Below are positions 62,138 through 64,000 of a stretch of 64,000 nucleotides of DNA, piece after piece. A program made the translations under genes and the position numbers. The stretch is from positions 248,001 to 312,000 of the forward strand of contig JAVKOQ020000002.1 of assembly GCA_031835245.2 (NCBI GenBank), written 5' to 3'. Position 1 is the stretch's first letter; every line of letters starts with the position of its first letter. Under the pieces are notes generated by a model. That model saw nothing but the letters and a program-made list of their open reading frames with translations, had not been told where the DNA came from and ran no database searches. This DNA comes from Balamuthia mandrillaris (Eukaryota).

Positions 62138-62770
62138 CGAACCTGAGAGCATGCTCATAACGGATATCAAAATCTTTTCAACGCTCTGAACGGGCGACCA
62201 CCGCTCCTCGCTCTTCTCGTAGTGGGTCGGGTCATCTCCCGCATGCAAAATGGATATGCAAACCTCTCCGTTTGTATAAACTGCTCACGGAGGGGTTGAG
62301 CAAAGGGAATGAGAGAAGGAAAGAGGCGCAAGAGAACATAAGAAGCAGAGAAAAAGAGAAGACAGCTCAACTGTTTGGGTGCCACATTTCAGAAGCGAAT
62401 GTCATTTTGGGTGGGTTCAAAGGGTAGTCCTTGGGAAAGACGAGCCGAGCCGTGAAGACGCCGCCTTCGTAGGGTGTACCGGGTGGACCCCTATGTTTGG
62501 TTTTAAGTTATAAAAAAGAAGCCATTCTTTACTACGAGAAAAAAAAACACCCAGCAGCAGGAAAATAAAACGACAGAAAGAAGTCGTACATGATGAGAGC
62601 CTCCCACTCCAGAAAGTTATCTTCGCTCACTGGTCCAACCGTCAAACCCTCTGGAGGGTTGATCGTGAGCTCTTTTTGTTTTAGGTTAGTCTTGTTGTGA
62701 ATATCTCTTTTTTTTTTGTTTGTCCTTTACCTCTGTACTCATGCATAAGCCGTTTATACGCAGTTGCCAT
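61872..62770 (-). CDS. UBE2G2: Ubiquitin-conjugating enzyme E2 G2 / Ubc7 (multi-exon)
   Basis: [80 protein letters not shown]...[36 protein letters not shown]. Confidence 0.95.
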
Positions 62771-63103
62771 GGATGGACGCTCTTTCAAAAAAAACAAAAC
62801 AAAACAAAAACACTACACACAATCACAAACACCAAAGACCAGTTCTCTGTCTCTTTTCTTCTTTTCCACTTTTTCTTGTGCCTGCTCTGTCCTCCACAAC
62901 TCGAGCTGCTTTTGTGCAGTCCGATCGGGAAATTTCCGATCACAAAAACGATGCACAACTTTAGCTGCGATTGTGCTGGGTGGATGTGTCCGCAAAATTT
63001 TTTGAAATTTCAACGGTACGAGGAGTCAACTAGAAAAAAATCAGATTAATTTTTTTCTTTTTTGGTTGGGAAAAAAGATCGAAAAGAAGAAAAGCAAACG
63101 ACG

Positions 63104-64000
63104 ATGGACCCGAGTGGTACACAACAACAAAGTTCCTATGGAGTAACAACCTCCTCCTCTTCCTCTTCCTCCTCCTCCGCCTCTTCCAAAACAACAGAGT
63201 CACATCAACAACAAAGAACTCCTCTATTTATGTCAAACAGCGGGGGCTTCCCCAGCCTGACCTCCTCCCCTGCGACCCTCTCCTCCTCGGCCTCCAGCAC
63301 CCCCATTCAGAAAAACGTGGCCGACGATGACGACGATGAGGCCGACGCGGTGGCGGAGGAGGTCCGCTCGCTGAGCATGGACCCCACACGCATCCCCCTC
63401 ACATTTGATGAGAGCTCACAAAACGCTGACGAGGTGGACATGTCGAGGCATCCTTCTGGCATTATTCCCACTCTTCAGTATGCTTTTTTTAAAACTCTCC
63501 TCTCTCTGTCTCTCTGTCTCTCTCTATTCTTTTCTTACATCTCATCGTTCTGCACCAACTCTTAAAATTGAAAAAACAAAAAGAAATCTTGTATCAACAG
63601 TAAATTTGGGCACTCGGCTTGACCTCAAGGAGATTGCCTTGCACGCCAGAAACGCCGAGTACAATCCCAAGGTACTCTTTCAAAATAAATGCCTCTCTCC
63701 TCTCCATTTGTTTCCTCTTTCTTCTGCTTTCTTGTTTTCCCACCCTATTTGCCGGTCAAAAGCTTCCTCTGTCTTTCTCTCTCTCTCTCTTGTCTTTCTC
63801 TCCTGTGCTCTCTTCTCTCCCCTTTCTCTCGTCTCTCCTTTCATCTCCATTCTCTCTCTCTCTCTTTCTCTTGTCTTTCTCTCCGCTCTCTTCTCTTCTC
63901 TCTCTCTCTCTTATCATTTCTGTGTTTCTTCTCTCAACCTCCAAATCCATTCCAGCGTTTTGCGGCTGTCATCATGAGAATTCGCGACCCCAAAACAACG
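63104..64000 (+). CDS. TBP: TATA-box binding protein (5' part; runs off the window)
   Basis: Low-complexity N-terminus, then [54 protein letters not shown]. Confidence 0.96.

Overview
Gene-dense, intron-rich eukaryotic genomic DNA, most likely from an amoebozoan (Acanthamoeba/Balamuthia-like). This is an inference from gene content (Fsl-type GPCR, LisH-RasGEF, T-X5-T MAP2K, giant-virus-type ankyrin genes) and from short GT-AG introns packed with (CT)n/(TTC)n microsatellites. About 23 protein-coding genes can be assembled by eye: the 5' end of a probable lysyl-tRNA synthetase, Rab7, katanin p80, two intronless F-box-like/ankyrin-repeat genes plus a decayed third copy, MEP50/WDR77, a MAP2K, a SIN-type Cdc14 homologue, acetyl-CoA synthetase, a TM-PH-PH-SMP-SnoaL protein, ALDH3, POLE4, RPT4/PSMC6, a BAR-SH3 protein, a Dsc3-like UBL membrane protein, a small orphan ORF between direct repeats, a frizzled/smoothened-like GPCR, an unknown low-complexity protein, a RasGEF, a P5A ATPase, an F-box/SPRY protein, RING1 (PRC1), a peroxisomal quinone oxidoreductase, UBE2G2/Ubc7 and the 5' part of TBP. 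The standout is a 4-exon gene at 27602-29552 (about 534 aa). It joins, in frame, the zinc-binding MCTS1-docking N-terminal domain of DENR to a complete Rnl2-like ATP-dependent RNA ligase, which takes the place of the usual SUI1 domain. This is a candidate ribosome-targeted RNA repair enzyme. A repeat-bounded, microsatellite-filled relic region at about 52.3-57.0 kb looks like a decayed mobile element. All family calls come from motif recognition, not database searches, and exon boundaries were read manually.
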